IMG/VR virus record: IMGVR_UViG_2609460227_000001 | Span: 23,482 to 87,481 of that record | DNA length: 64,000 nt | Strand: one strand, 5' to 3' | Source of the DNA: a virus | Taxonomy: Duplodnaviria > Caudoviricetes | Part shown: piece after piece, positions 40,214 to 51,547 of the stretch | Layout of the letters: each line of letters begins with the position of its first letter | Position numbering within the stretch: the stretch's first letter is position 1 | Program-made: the position numbers and the translations under genes | The notes under the pieces: generated by a model | Told to the model about the DNA's origin: nothing | What the model saw: only the letters and a program-made list of their open reading frames with translations | The model's database searches: none

Positions 40214-41011
40214 GTGATTACTATCGAACCGTTCCCACTACCAAGTGACATGAGCAAGGTCATTCATTTTCGAGCGCCTACGGTGTTCGACTCAATGGCC
40301 ATCGCCGACATTAACCCCAACCTGGAAGAATCGGCCACAACATCGTTTTTAAACCGTCAACAGGACCAAAGCGCCCAGGGTGGCCAGTTGTTCGATTCGC
40401 TTGAATGGACCGGTGAGGACCGCCGAACTGCCTTATGGTGGATCTTTGTCTCTACTCGCCAGGATACGTTAATGCCGTACCAGTTCACGGTAGATGGCAA
40501 AGAGGTGAATATCGACATCGACCTGCGCGAACTAGGCAATACATCATCCGTATTAAGCATCGCGCCAGAAGTGCCGATCGAATTTGAGGTGAACGGCCGC
40601 AAACTGAATGCCAAGGTGGTACCGCTCAACGGTCACGCAATGGAGGCTATCGAAATGGCCCGTGTAAGCCGCAGCAATCACGAACCTAACAGCGTGCCAT
40701 ACCGCAAGCTATCCAACCGCATCGCCATGCTGGAAATGACACACGGAATGCGCATTGACGGTGAACCGCCGTTACTTGAGCCCGCTATTGAGTACCGTGG
40801 CAAGTTGATCATGGAAATGGAAATCGACACAGAATTTCGTGCCTTTTTTGCCGCTATGACAGCCGCACGCCGCAAGCTAACTCATGGCCTGGCCACCGTT
40901 TACAAAGATGGTGTCTATCTCTTGGTGACAATGCGCGAGCTCGCGGAGGGTAAAGGCGAACAGCCGATTATGTTTCCCTTTCAAGCTAACAACTTCCTAC
41001 CAGCAATTTGA
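40214..41011 (+). CDS. pmgB: PmgB-like tail assembly chaperone
   Basis: FPLPS..FRAPTV, WTGEDRRTALWWIF, C-terminal FPF; precedes tape measure. Confidence 0.65.
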   Translation: MITIEPFPLPSDMSKVIHFRAPTVFDSMAIADINPNLEESATTSFLNRQQDQSAQGGQLFDSLEWTGEDRRTALWWIFVSTRQDTLMPYQFTVDGKEVNIDIDLRELGNTSSVLSIAPEVPIEFEVNGRKLNAKVVPLNGHAMEAIEMARVSRSNHEPNSVPYRKLSNRIAMLEMTHGMRIDGEPPLLEPAIEYRGKLIMEMEIDTEFRAFFAAMTAARRKLTHGLATVYKDGVYLLVTMRELAEGKGEQPIMFPFQANNFLPAI

Positions 41012-41153
41012 TACAGCCGGCTGGATGAACCTAGTTGAAAACCTAACTATCTATGGCCACCAGCCCATCGATGCCGTTCTATCATCACCGGCAATCCTGG
41101 CGATGAAAATGGACGAATCACTGAAAGATAAAATCAAGAAACATGGTCTATGA
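40980..41153 (+). CDS. Overlapping +1-frame ORF, putative chaperone frameshift extension (T segment)
   Basis: FKLTTSYQQFDTAGWMNLVENLTIYGHQPIDAV..; overlaps the chaperone 3' end and the sit start. Confidence 0.5.
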   Translation, partial: FKLTTSYQQFDTAGWMNLVENLTIYGHQPIDAVLSSPAILAMKMDESLKDKIKKHGL

Positions 41154-43733
41154 GCAGCGTAAAAGACTATGCCGATAATGCCTCAATTTTACCGATCGTT
41201 GAGGCTATCAGGGCATCAAGCAACAAAGAATTGCGGGCCATCGGTAATTTGCGGTCCGTTGTGGTCGAAATAAAAAAGACCTAAAACAAACCCAAACCAA
41301 CACCAAAAACACCCATCTATGGACCACAAACACCCCTACAGGTGACATCGCGCCACATAACGGGACGCGCATGCCATCACCTCGCATGGCCAAAGGTGAA
41401 ACAAAGACCCCAAAAGGCACCAAAACAGACACCAAACATCACCCACAGGTGACAAAAGGTGACAGCGTTATTCCTGGCCAAATGGAAGGCTCAGAGCGCC
41501 AATTAGAGACAAAAAACCCGGAAAGCCTCACATCAACACCGGCAAAAGTGCAGGGAGAAGATCCCGTTGCTGCCAAGCTGGGAGGTGTAACCAAAGAGCT
41601 GGCCGCCCTGCTCAAAGCGACGGAGAATCTAGCGCATGTTGATCCTGGCCAGGTGGTTAACTCCGTTACGAATAACACCAATACAGTAGCGGCCGGTGAC
41701 GCAAACAGCCATGTAGCCAATAACTCATCATCGACTAACAACCAGGTGAGCCGCATTTCGGGTGATAAGTCAGTTTCTATTGGCGGTACCGAATCAACAA
41801 GCAATCAGTTGGGATCCCAACCAAGCAAGGCAAAGCCTGCCAAACAAGAGGCTTCACCGTTTGAAGGTTATTGGCATGATGAAAAGGGCCAGCTACGTAA
41901 AAGCAATGGCCAGTACGCCAGCAAAGCCGAGAAGGAGGCTTATTCAAGCAGCCAGGATGCCAAAGACCGAAACGCCAAAGAGAAAGAATTATCCCTAATT
42001 GGTAAATTGGTCGGTTACGCAAAAGACGGCGCAACATTGGTATCTGAGAACGGCGGTAAAGCAGAAGAAGCGACAGCCGTTGCCGCTGGTGGATCCTACT
42101 TCTATGCCGCTAAAGAGTTGTTTGACCTGGGACGTGATACCGTTGAACAGTTTGGCAATATCAAAGAGTCCGTAAGCAGCAAGGTTGAATCATTCCGAGA
42201 ATCCCACTCAGGGAAAGACGGCGATAAAGAGTCACAAGGTTCTGAGGTTAAGGTCGGCGATCAAATCAATAAGATTGAGGTCGGCACCAAAGAGGACCAA
42301 GCATCGCAGAAACCGGCCGCACTACATAAGCGAATGGCCAAAATGCTCGGGTTCCCGGTGCCCGTTGGTAAATCTGCTAATCCTGGCCACGGCCAGCAAA
42401 AAGCGCAGCAACCGAAAAAGCCCCGTGGAACATCGATTGAAAGCCAGACGTATGAGGTGTTACGCGAGCAGAGCAGCGAACAACAACAATACCAGGCAAC
42501 CATGCTCAAAGAAGCCGACGACATGATCAAGGCTATCAAGGGCATCGATACACCTGCAAATAGCGGCCTGGCCGGTTCGGTAATGGACAGTATTGGTGAT
42601 CTCTTTGAAGGGAAGCGAGGCGGGCGCCGTAAAACCTTACGTGAAAAGCTAAGTCGCAAACCTAAGCCATCATCGGTAATCGAAGCCGCCAGCGATATTG
42701 CTGACAGCAAAGGTAAGAATCCATCATTTCGCGTTAAGGGCGGCAAACCGAGCATGCTATCTCGCATTGGTGGCAGCCTAAAAGCCTCCGGGGGTGCTGG
42801 GGCATTGGCGGCAGTCTTTGCCGGTTATGATAAATACACCGAAATGCAGCAGCGTACAGACCTAAGCACCACACAGAAAGGCGCACAAGTGGCCAGTACA
42901 GCAGTGGGCGCTGGTGGTGGTGCGATGGCTGGTGGTGCGGCTGGGGCGGCACTAGGTTCCATCATTTTCCCTGGTGTGGGTACCGCCATCGGTGGTGCGA
43001 TTGGTGCCGTTCTTGGTGGTACGGCAGGCCAAAACGTCGGTGATACCATCGGTCAGTCACTATCTAACTTTATCGGTAGTGATAAGACCATTACACAGGT
43101 GATCGGCAATGCGTGGACTACGGCTGTAGAAAGCACCGCAGCGACAGCCTCAAGCGCAGTGGACAGCATTAAAGGCTGGTTTGGGTTCGGTGATGATGAC
43201 GAAACAAAACCGGCTACCGAACGGCTACAGCCGGGATCCACGGAAAGCACCATGGCCGCCGTAAAATCACAACTGGCACTAGGTAAAACCTTTGATCAAG
43301 GTCCAGATGTCACCAAAGGAATGCAACATACCTACAGTGGCGGCACAAATCGAGGTTCCTACACAAACCCAGCAATGGTACGCCAGTTACTCCACCAGCA
43401 CCGGCCATTTCAGCAACCGACAACCAGGTGATACCAGGCTCAGAAACGATCAACAAGGTATCAAACACCCGCATTGAGAGTGACACAGCAATCAACAATG
43501 CCAATAAGCAACGTGAGATCCTGGCAGAACGTAAGCAACAAATGATGGCAGGCCTAGATCCCCGCACTACCGCTGCACTTGAAAGGCTGGCAAAATCAGC
43601 AGAAGCCCATCGCGGCACCCCACCCCAACCTCAAGCCGTTCGGACTCCGGTACCGGCTCGCGGCGAAACAAATAGCATTCCTGCAGATTTCGATGACATG
43701 TATTTGCGCCGTATGGCGCTGGATATGGACTAA
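41150..43733 (+). CDS. sit: Tape measure protein Sit (indels near 41280 and 43380)
   Basis: IVEAIRASSNKEL N-terminus, Gly-zipper GAALGSIIFPGVGTAIGG, C-terminal IPADFDD; synteny. Confidence 0.75.
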
Positions 43734-44078
43734 TGACAACTGCAGACGAATTAGACTTCCTCCTTGCCATTGACCCGTCAGATCATTATCCGTGACGGCA
43801 ATCAGGCAAAACTAGAAAACATCCGTGAATGGCTATCAACGCCAGAAGGCACGATCTACGGTCGCCCCGATTGGGGCCACCCACTTGATCAATTCCGCCA
43901 CGAACCACAATCACCATCAACGGCCTTAGCCATTGAGAATACGTTACTGCTAAAGCTGGCCAGTGACCTACCAGACGTAACCCTATCCCGTATCCTTGTG
44001 TCGCCTATGGGGAAAGATGGCTATTACATCGGGTTTGGTGTTCCCGAGGGTGTTATTGAGGAGGTGAAAGCGTTATGA
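43733..44078 (+). CDS. pmgA: PmgA baseplate protein (T4 gp25/gpW-like), indel near the start
   Basis: EWLSTPEGTIYGRPDWG..FRHEP. Confidence 0.7.
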
Positions 44079-45460
44079 GCCTCCAAGATGACATTAAAAA
44101 GGATTTCGAGGACAGCCTGAAAAAATCGTTATGGTGGTCCCGCTTCATTGGTTCGCAGTTTGTGGACGGGTTTTCCGTCTTCATTTATCAAATTGTTTAT
44201 CGATGCCAGCAGTACGCCAGCCGACGATTACAAGAGTCGTTTCTATCAAAGGCGGTAAAGGATTCTTCTATCCTGGCCGCTGCAGAGGATCGTGGTTATG
44301 TGGGCCTTAAAATCAGTCCATCGACGGGTACCGCCACCATTACCAATAACGGCACTACCCGCGTATCACTGCCGATGAATACCTCACTGGCCAGTAATGA
44401 CCTAGTTGATTACGTGACGATGGCCGCCGTTGAACTACAGCCAGCACAATCGGCTGATATTCCCGTGTTTCAAATGCGCATTGATTCCGTCGTTTCCGTT
44501 GTTACCGAATCCAAAAAATGGATGGAGGTACTACTAAGCCGGGATATGACAGAGAAGGCCCACCAAGTTGACGTGTATGTAAACGGCCAGCTATGGGAGA
44601 AGCGTTTTAAATTCCGAAATACAAACCGAAATTCCAAAGTGTATATGGAGTTTTATAAGTCCACTCGTCAACTAGGTATCCGTTTCGGTAACGGTATTAA
44701 TGGCCGCGTTCCTGCCGTTGGTGATGAGATCCGCTTGAACGTCTGGATGACACAGGGCGAAACAACATTAATCGATAACCAGCCGCTCAAGTTTACCGGC
44801 CGATTTGAGCCACTGAACGATTCAACGAAGATTATCACCAAGACGCCGATCACTGGCGGTGCACCGGGCGAATCGATAGAAGACACACGTAACGGTGCGC
44901 TCTACTCCACCAGCTACGATTACCAATTGGCATGGGACGGTGATTACGTCCAATTTATCACTGATAACGTTGGTGGCGTGATTTGGCTATCTGTTTGGGG
45001 TGAAAAAGACGAAGAAGCTGTTACCGGCAAGAAAGACATTGCCAACATCAACAAAATCTTTATCTCGGCTTACTCAGACCGTAAGGATGGCGACAAGCTG
45101 GAAGGAGAAATTAATGGGCTATTTTCCGGCCGTAGTGGATACAACGAAAGTTACAAGTTTAGACAGCCTGTAATGCAGCCGTACACCGTCAACATTGCGG
45201 GCCGCGTTGTTGCCAACGGTCGCCCGGAAGACGCTGAGATTGTGCTGCGTTCGGCGCTGGTGGAGCGATACGGTATCAACATCAAAGATAAACCATTCCG
45301 CGTGCCGGTCGATGAGATTTGGGATTTCATTCATAGCCTAAAACAGCAGGCGAACATCCGTGAATTTACCGTCACGGCGGACAACCTACCGCAAGAGGTA
45401 ACAGTCGGCCACTATTCCTATCTGGATATTGACGCCTCAACAATTAAATTCACGTACTGA
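44075..45460 (+). CDS. bplA: Baseplate wedge BplA (gpJ/T4 gp6-like)
   Basis: WSRFIGSQFV, SSILAAAEDRGY, IRFGNGINGRVP, ITGG. Confidence 0.85.
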   Translation: MSLQDDIKKDFEDSLKKSLWWSRFIGSQFVDGFSVFIYQIVYRCQQYASRRLQESFLSKAVKDSSILAAAEDRGYVGLKISPSTGTATITNNGTTRVSLPMNTSLASNDLVDYVTMAAVELQPAQSADIPVFQMRIDSVVSVVTESKKWMEVLLSRDMTEKAHQVDVYVNGQLWEKRFKFRNTNRNSKVYMEFYKSTRQLGIRFGNGINGRVPAVGDEIRLNVWMTQGETTLIDNQPLKFTGRFEPLNDSTKIITKTPITGGAPGESIEDTRNGALYSTSYDYQLAWDGDYVQFITDNVGGVIWLSVWGEKDEEAVTGKKDIANINKIFISAYSDRKDGDKLEGEINGLFSGRSGYNESYKFRQPVMQPYTVNIAGRVVANGRPEDAEIVLRSALVERYGINIKDKPFRVPVDEIWDFIHSLKQQANIREFTVTADNLPQEVTVGHYSYLDIDASTIKFTY

Positions 45461-45468
45461 GGCTAACA

Positions 45469-46292
45469 ATGAGTAACTGGATAAAAAACCGATTAACCAA
45501 AGCCAAACAGGAAAGCCCGCTTTGGTCTGACCTGGCAGATTCCATCCAATCCGTTATAGGTACCCACGTAGAAACCTATCTGGACCGACTAAAACGCCGG
45601 GTATCCTTGTTTGATGCAGACAAAGAAGATCTGCAGGTTATCTTGACTGAATTGGGCGACTTCTTTGCATTGGGTGATGTTGAAGACGACGACATTGCAT
45701 TGACAGTGATGCAACGCCAGGATGAGATCCACCAGAAGCGAACGATTTACCCATTAACGAACACAATCAACCGTGAATTTGGCGGTATGAATGTAACTTG
45801 GGAGCCGTTGTATGCGCCGATTGACCAGGTGAAATATCCCTATGGTTCGCGTCTGGTTATCGAATCAGAATTGGAGCAAGAGCTAATCCCTCGGATGAAT
45901 GGTTCCTGACAAGTCGCGGTGCTATCCGTGTCCCACTGAACGAGGTTCACCGGGTATTCAACGCCACCGACGCTGGTATGGGTGAATTTGAGGACCGATT
46001 ACGTCGTGTAATCTACCCATTGATACCGTTGCGCGTCGTGTGTGAAGGCCAGCAATACTACTTGTACTATGACCTGGCAGAGCACATCGAACGACTTAAC
46101 ATTGTGCAGTCGAACATCGAGCAGTATCCTATCGCCACCAGCGAAGCCGATGAAGTCGCAGACATTAACAACAGTGTTGTCTCTAGCGCATTTGATTTAG
46201 GCCTTCCGGTCGGTGAAATCGTCAAAAACACCGAACTTCTTATAGATGAAATTCCAATTGATTCTTTTGCAAGCGACTTTCAATTAGAATAA
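45469..46292 (+). CDS. P1 gp16-like baseplate protein (indel near 45895)
   Basis: WIKNRLT.AKQ.SPLW, QRQDEIH.K, VTWEPLYAP, PLIPLR. Confidence 0.75.
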
Positions 46293-46368
46293 CCATCCTA
46301 ACGACATCCAATGCAGGAATTATGTCGTTAATCCCCACCTCCGGGCTGCGTGCGCTAGAGAGAGCACA

Positions 46369-46800
46369 ATGTCCACCGCCACAATTTCATCGAACTTGCA
46401 GGATGCCAAGCTGCTAAATCGGTACTACGACCGACGCGCACTTTCATCCCTGCCACAAAACAAAGCGACGTTTCAGTTTGGGCGCATTCAATGGGCCTCA
46501 GACCTAGTTGACCTCATCGACGGGAAACCGGTTTTACGCCCTATTCCTAACGACCTTGAACGACTGGAAAACGTATTCCTAACCAATGACGCCGTTTATA
46601 CCTATGCGAACGGCATTATCTATATCCGCTGTACGGTCCAAACCGGCGCACTACCAGAAGGCGAACAGCATTCATTTTCTGCGTGCGGGATCCTTGATGA
46701 TGCTGGTGGTTTGATTGGTGTTGGTATCACGCCGCCCGTTTGGCTGTACAAAGAACGCGGCATGGTTGTCGAGTTTGAAATTCGCACCAACATCGGGTGA
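46369..46800 (+). CDS. Tail fibre attachment protein, P1 gpR-like
   Basis: 143 aa; LLNRYYDRRA; precedes the S fibre. Confidence 0.7.
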   Translation: MSTATISSNLQDAKLLNRYYDRRALSSLPQNKATFQFGRIQWASDLVDLIDGKPVLRPIPNDLERLENVFLTNDAVYTYANGIIYIRCTVQTGALPEGEQHSFSACGILDDAGGLIGVGITPPVWLYKERGMVVEFEIRTNIG

Positions 46801-46806
46801 TCACTC

Positions 46807-48715
46807 ATGGCCAGTGATATTCAAACTACCCGACTCACATACGCCGACCAGGGGGCGTTGCACTTAATTGCCGACTTGGCATTTAACGAGCAATACACCT
46901 CGGCGGCCCTAAACCGAAAATTCTACGGTATAGCACGCCCTGGTATTTACCGAGGCTTTAACTATGCCATCGGTGAAGGCCTGACGATGACCGTCGGTGA
47001 TGATTCAGGTGAAGACACGGCGTATGTAGAACGTGACCGACACTGTATGACCATTCATGGTCAGCATGCCGTCACACTCAACATTCCCGCCGGTGTTAAA
47101 TCTGCGATCGTCATTGAGGGTTTTTATCAGTACGGCGTAGAAACCAAACAAGTCAATTCAAACAGTCAAACCGACGCGGCGACGATGAAGGTTATCCCCT
47201 CATCGGCGATTGAGTCACACCACGTTGTTGTCTGCGAAGTGTCAGTGCCTACGGGCGCAAAGGCAATCACAGCAAACATGATCAGCGAAGATAAACGTAT
47301 CGCTGGCGGTATCGATCTTGCGTCACACATCGATGTCACCAAAGACCCGCACAAGCAATACGCCTTTCGTAAAATCAAGATCAACACGGTTGGCCCGCTA
47401 CGCGGTGGCCATGACCTATCCGAAGACCTAACACTTACCGTGGACCCATCTACCGTGGGTACCGCTGGCGTTGTTCAGTTGGAAGATGGATCGACATCAA
47501 ACAGTATCGTTAAAGCGCCGACCGCCTATGCGCTCACACGCGAGCGTATGCGTGCCGAAGGTGCCGAAGCCGAACTAACGCAAAACCTTGCAGATACAGA
47601 AGTACGCGTAAAAGCCTATGCCGATGGCAAAGCCAACGAAGCAGAAGGCCATGCGCGGGTTTATGCCGATCAGGTTGGTGCAACCACACTGGCCAGTGCA
47701 AAAACCTATGCCGATAACGTGTCACGTCAGGCACAGGCCAATGCAGAAGCCGTCGCCATCCAACAGGGTACCGAAGCCAAACAGCACGCGGATTCCGTTG
47801 CGGCTGACGCAAAGAAAACGGCGATCGCACATGCCGATCAGGTTGGCGTTGATACCCTGGCATCAGCAAAGGCCTTTGCAACATCGGAAGCCAAAGCCGC
47901 CGAAGGCCGAGCGAAAACTTTGCGACCTCAGAAGCACAGGCGGCAGAAGCCCGCGCAAACGCTACAGCACGTCAATATTTCGATGATGTTGTCGCGGTGC
48001 CGGTGATGCCTATGACACCCTGCTCAAGATTCAGCAGGAATTGGTCAGTGATGACAACGCCCAGGCGGCACTAACTGCAGAAGTGGCCAAAAAGCTGGAT
48101 AAGACAGCTACAGCCGTCAACTCCTTAAAGCTGGAAGGTAAATCAAAGTCAGAGGTGATCACCGAGGCCCGTAACGGTTTGGCTACGGTTAGCCAAGCGC
48201 AAAACATGGCCAACTCGGCAGAGAACAACGCCAAAGCTGACGCTGCCTCAAAATACCTACCTAAAGGTGCGACAGCCGTTAACTCGGACAAGCTGGGTAA
48301 CGTTGCGCCGTCTGGCTATCACCGTGCGACCCGTGATCTCCTATCTGGCGGTGTAACCACCACCGAAACGCTAATGAGTTGGCTCCAATCACAAGGTGCA
48401 TTCGACTTTGCGGCGTGGTCATGCCGTTGTTCCTGGTCATACGCAGATAACGGAAACATCCCTGATAGCGAAACAACATGCGGGACTATTCCGCTGGCCG
48501 GTGCCGTTATCGATGTTTACGGCGCACTAGGCCGTTGCACTGTAGTGATCACCACGGCGACCACTAGCTCAGACGCGAACGCGAAGAAGCAATCCAGATT
48601 CACCTATGTGGATAACGGTGATGCCTATTCGCCAGGCTGGGTACGCGATTTCAATACCGCCAATCCACCAAGTACCAGTGATGTAACTGGCCGTATCGAT
48701 TTCGGCCGAATTTAA
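46807..48715 (+). CDS. Proximal tail fibre, P1 gpS-like (indels at 47920-48000)
   Basis: EQYTSAALNRK..PGIYRGF N-terminus, DPHKQY, GVVQL..S, YDTLLKI, WLQSQGAF..SWSYA..LAGAVI repeat; ends IDFGRI. Confidence 0.85.
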
Positions 48716-48771
48716 ACCTCAATCACCGGCTGGTGGTTGAGGCCACCAGCCGGTATGGAAAACCCATACCC
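48716..48771 (+). promoter_or_regulatory. Two-state hairpin element upstream of distal fibre A
   Basis: Stem1 48717-48727/48732-48742 and mutually exclusive stem2 48725-48736/48743-48754. Confidence 0.6.
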
Positions 48772-51124
48772 ATGATCGAAGATGTTCAATTTAAACGAAT
48801 GATCGAACCAGCCGAAAGCCAACTCCGGCAGAGGTCGCGGAAGGTTCATTTGTCGTAAACCTGGCTGACCGTCAAATTTATACGCTGGACCATAATGGCA
48901 AGGTTATTTCCGTTGGTGGCGGCGGTGGCGGCGGCGTTCCCGTTGGTACCGTCTTGGCATTTACTAAGTTGCCATTGCCAAAAGGCTACCTGCAGTGTGA
49001 TGGCCGCGAATTTGACCCGATCCTATATCCAGAACTTCACACCCACCTTGGCGTAAATACAACGCCAAACATGACTGATAAGTACCTAAAAGGCATTGGC
49101 GAGGGTATTTCTCCGCTTACAACCGTGCCATGGATGATCCCGGAACACAGTCACAACGTTTCGTCGTCACTTGGTTCTACTCGCCTACAGAGAAGTTTTA
49201 ATACTGGCGGCGGCGGTACGCACAACCACAGACTTTGGTCATATGACAGTGATGGTGAAGGTAAAGCCGGTGGCTTGGGTACTTGGTCAGCTAAATCAGG
49301 TGTGGGTACAGCACTAAATTCCGGTGGTTTCCCTGGCCAACAATACATGAATGGCGACTCCGCTGGTCACAAGATTGTTGAGGATAGCGGCAACCACTCT
49401 CACTCAATCAATGTGGACTTTGGTTCGCATGGCCACAGCCTGAGCGTTACAGCAAGTGGCATCAAAGAAGCCTTAAACAAAGGCAATACGCTTGACGTTG
49501 ACCACGTAACCGTCGTGTTCGGTATCCAGCAACGCCACAGGTGGATGATCCGCTAAGACTCAACGCCGACAAGGTTGTTGAGGACATGCGCACCATTCAG
49601 TCGGAATTTGAAGACTACAAAAACCGCGCTTCACTGCCGGTTGGTGCCATCGTTCTTTTCCCTAAACTACCTGTCCCTGCCGACTTCCTGCCTTGTGACG
49701 GCCGTAAATTCGATAAAGATTTGATGTCCGATCTTTACGCGTACCTGGGAACGGATACGACGCCGGATTACACCAAGAAATACGTAAAAATGATCAGTGA
49801 TGAGTTGTCACCACTACAGACAGTAGCGTGGATGATCCCTGAGCATACGCACAACTTCTCGGGTAGCGGGAACACGTCACCAGTAACTCTAAATAAACGT
49901 ATAAATACATCTAGTGCAGGTAATCACCACCACTCAATTACAACAAACGGTGACTCAAATACCAGCAATGGTTCAATTTCAGCTTCTCGTGGCAGTTCAG
50001 CAAGCTATACAAGATACACAGGAGATTCAGGAGTCCATTATCACTACATGGACGTAAATTTCGGCAACCACACCCACTCATTTTCTGTTTCTGGCGTATC
50101 AGCCGGTATCAAGGAAGCAATCAGCAAAGGTGACTCACTAGAGGTCGATCACGTTGGCGGTGTGTACGCGATTAAATGTATTGGCCGTATCGATGACGCA
50201 CAGCAAATCGCAGCCAAGGACGTAATCGCAAAGGTAAATGACCTTTCAAATAAAGTAGTAAACCCTAACTTATTTGATAACGCCGACTTCACCGTTTCTC
50301 AACGAGGAAACCTGCGACAAATGTTTCATACCTGTATTTTGCCGACCGTTGGATCCTACGTGGCACTGAGAATACAGGCGGAACATCGGAATATTCGATT
50401 CAAACCCACACTGGCGAACCATACGGCAATTATCTGTACGTTAAGCATAACAATGCCACCGCACATAGTTACGTCATTCAACGCGTGGAATCTAAAACAC
50501 CAAGCGAACTATATGGCGATCTAACATTTAGCTGTTACTTGACTAACAGCCAGCCAGCAAGGCGACTTTGTATATTGATTGGCGTCATGGCGATACGGGT
50601 GTGGTTATTGACGAAACAAGGCTAACCCTACCAGAAAGAACCGTTGAGAATGGATGGTTCCAAGAAACATTTACCTGCCCGAAATTACCAGAAGGGACAT
50701 CATTCTCGAATCTATTCCTTAACGTTGAACTGCGTTATGTAAACGCTGCAGATAATACCTGTAATGGTACTTATCGTTTTTCATGCCCGAAGTTAGAGAA
50801 AGGCACCGTAAGAACAACGTTTGTCCCTGAACGACCTGCAGTAAACCTAGCCAAATGCCAACGTTACTACACGCGTATTCACGCAAGTGGTGAAGCTGGA
50901 CGCACAGGATCCGTTGCCGCTTACAAATTCACAGTCGTATTCCCTACCACCATGCGAACCACCCCGGCAATGAACCTTATAGGTGTAACTGCACTTATGG
51001 GGTGCACATGTACAGCACAAGACATCAATCCTGAATCATTTGCCCACACCATCAGGCCGACAGTTGGCGATAACGCGGCGTTTTACGCAAACCTAGCCTA
51101 TACGAAGCCGACGCGGAGCTTTAA
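48772..51124 (+). CDS. Distal tail fibre A: gp37-like N-terminus, two collar/HxH modules, C-terminal domain (several indels)
   Basis: VQFKRMIEP..AEGSFVVNLADRQIYT; two P(V)GxxxxF..CDG collar domains with HSH/HNH/HTH motifs; ends DAEL. Confidence 0.8.
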
Positions 51125-51129
51125 TCAAC

Positions 51130-51499
51130 ATGAACAACAGCATCATTAAATACGCCGACGAACAGCAACAAGCCGTCTACGTTGGCGATATGTTTATTCC
51201 CCGTGGCCACCGATTTTGGCTGAATACGGCGTAGATACTGCAGAAGAAAACGGCGAGATCTTCCCTCACGATTATGTCGAGAGTGAACAGCTTGCTATGA
51301 ACACTCAATGTCAAATGGAGACAGAGCTTAAATGGTTGATATTCAGCTTAAATACCATGCAACCAACGATACAAAACGCGCAACCATCCCGCTCAATACG
51401 CTGTATGAATACGCCATTGCATGCCGTGACCACGTACAGCTAATCGATAACAAACTGACTATTATCGGCGAGAAACCAACTCGCCCAGTAGCGGAATAA
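51130..51499 (+). CDS. Tail fibre assembly chaperone A (indels)
   Basis: KYADE..FIPRGHRFW..YAIACRD..RP. Confidence 0.6.
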
Positions 51500-51547
51500 G
51501 AAACCTTGATTGCCCAGGCAGTCAAGCCGCCTGGGCCGAGATACAAA
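51500..51547 (+). promoter_or_regulatory. Two-state hairpin element upstream of distal fibre B
   Basis: Stem1 51505-51514/51517-51526 and alternative stem2 51512-51519/51529-51536. Confidence 0.6.

Noticed and set aside
48711-48717. TTTAAAC slippery heptamer plus downstream structure as a -1 frameshift fusing S to fibre A
   Set aside because: The heptamer is out of phase with the S reading frame (ATT TAA), and the two stems overlap so cannot form an H-type pseudoknot.
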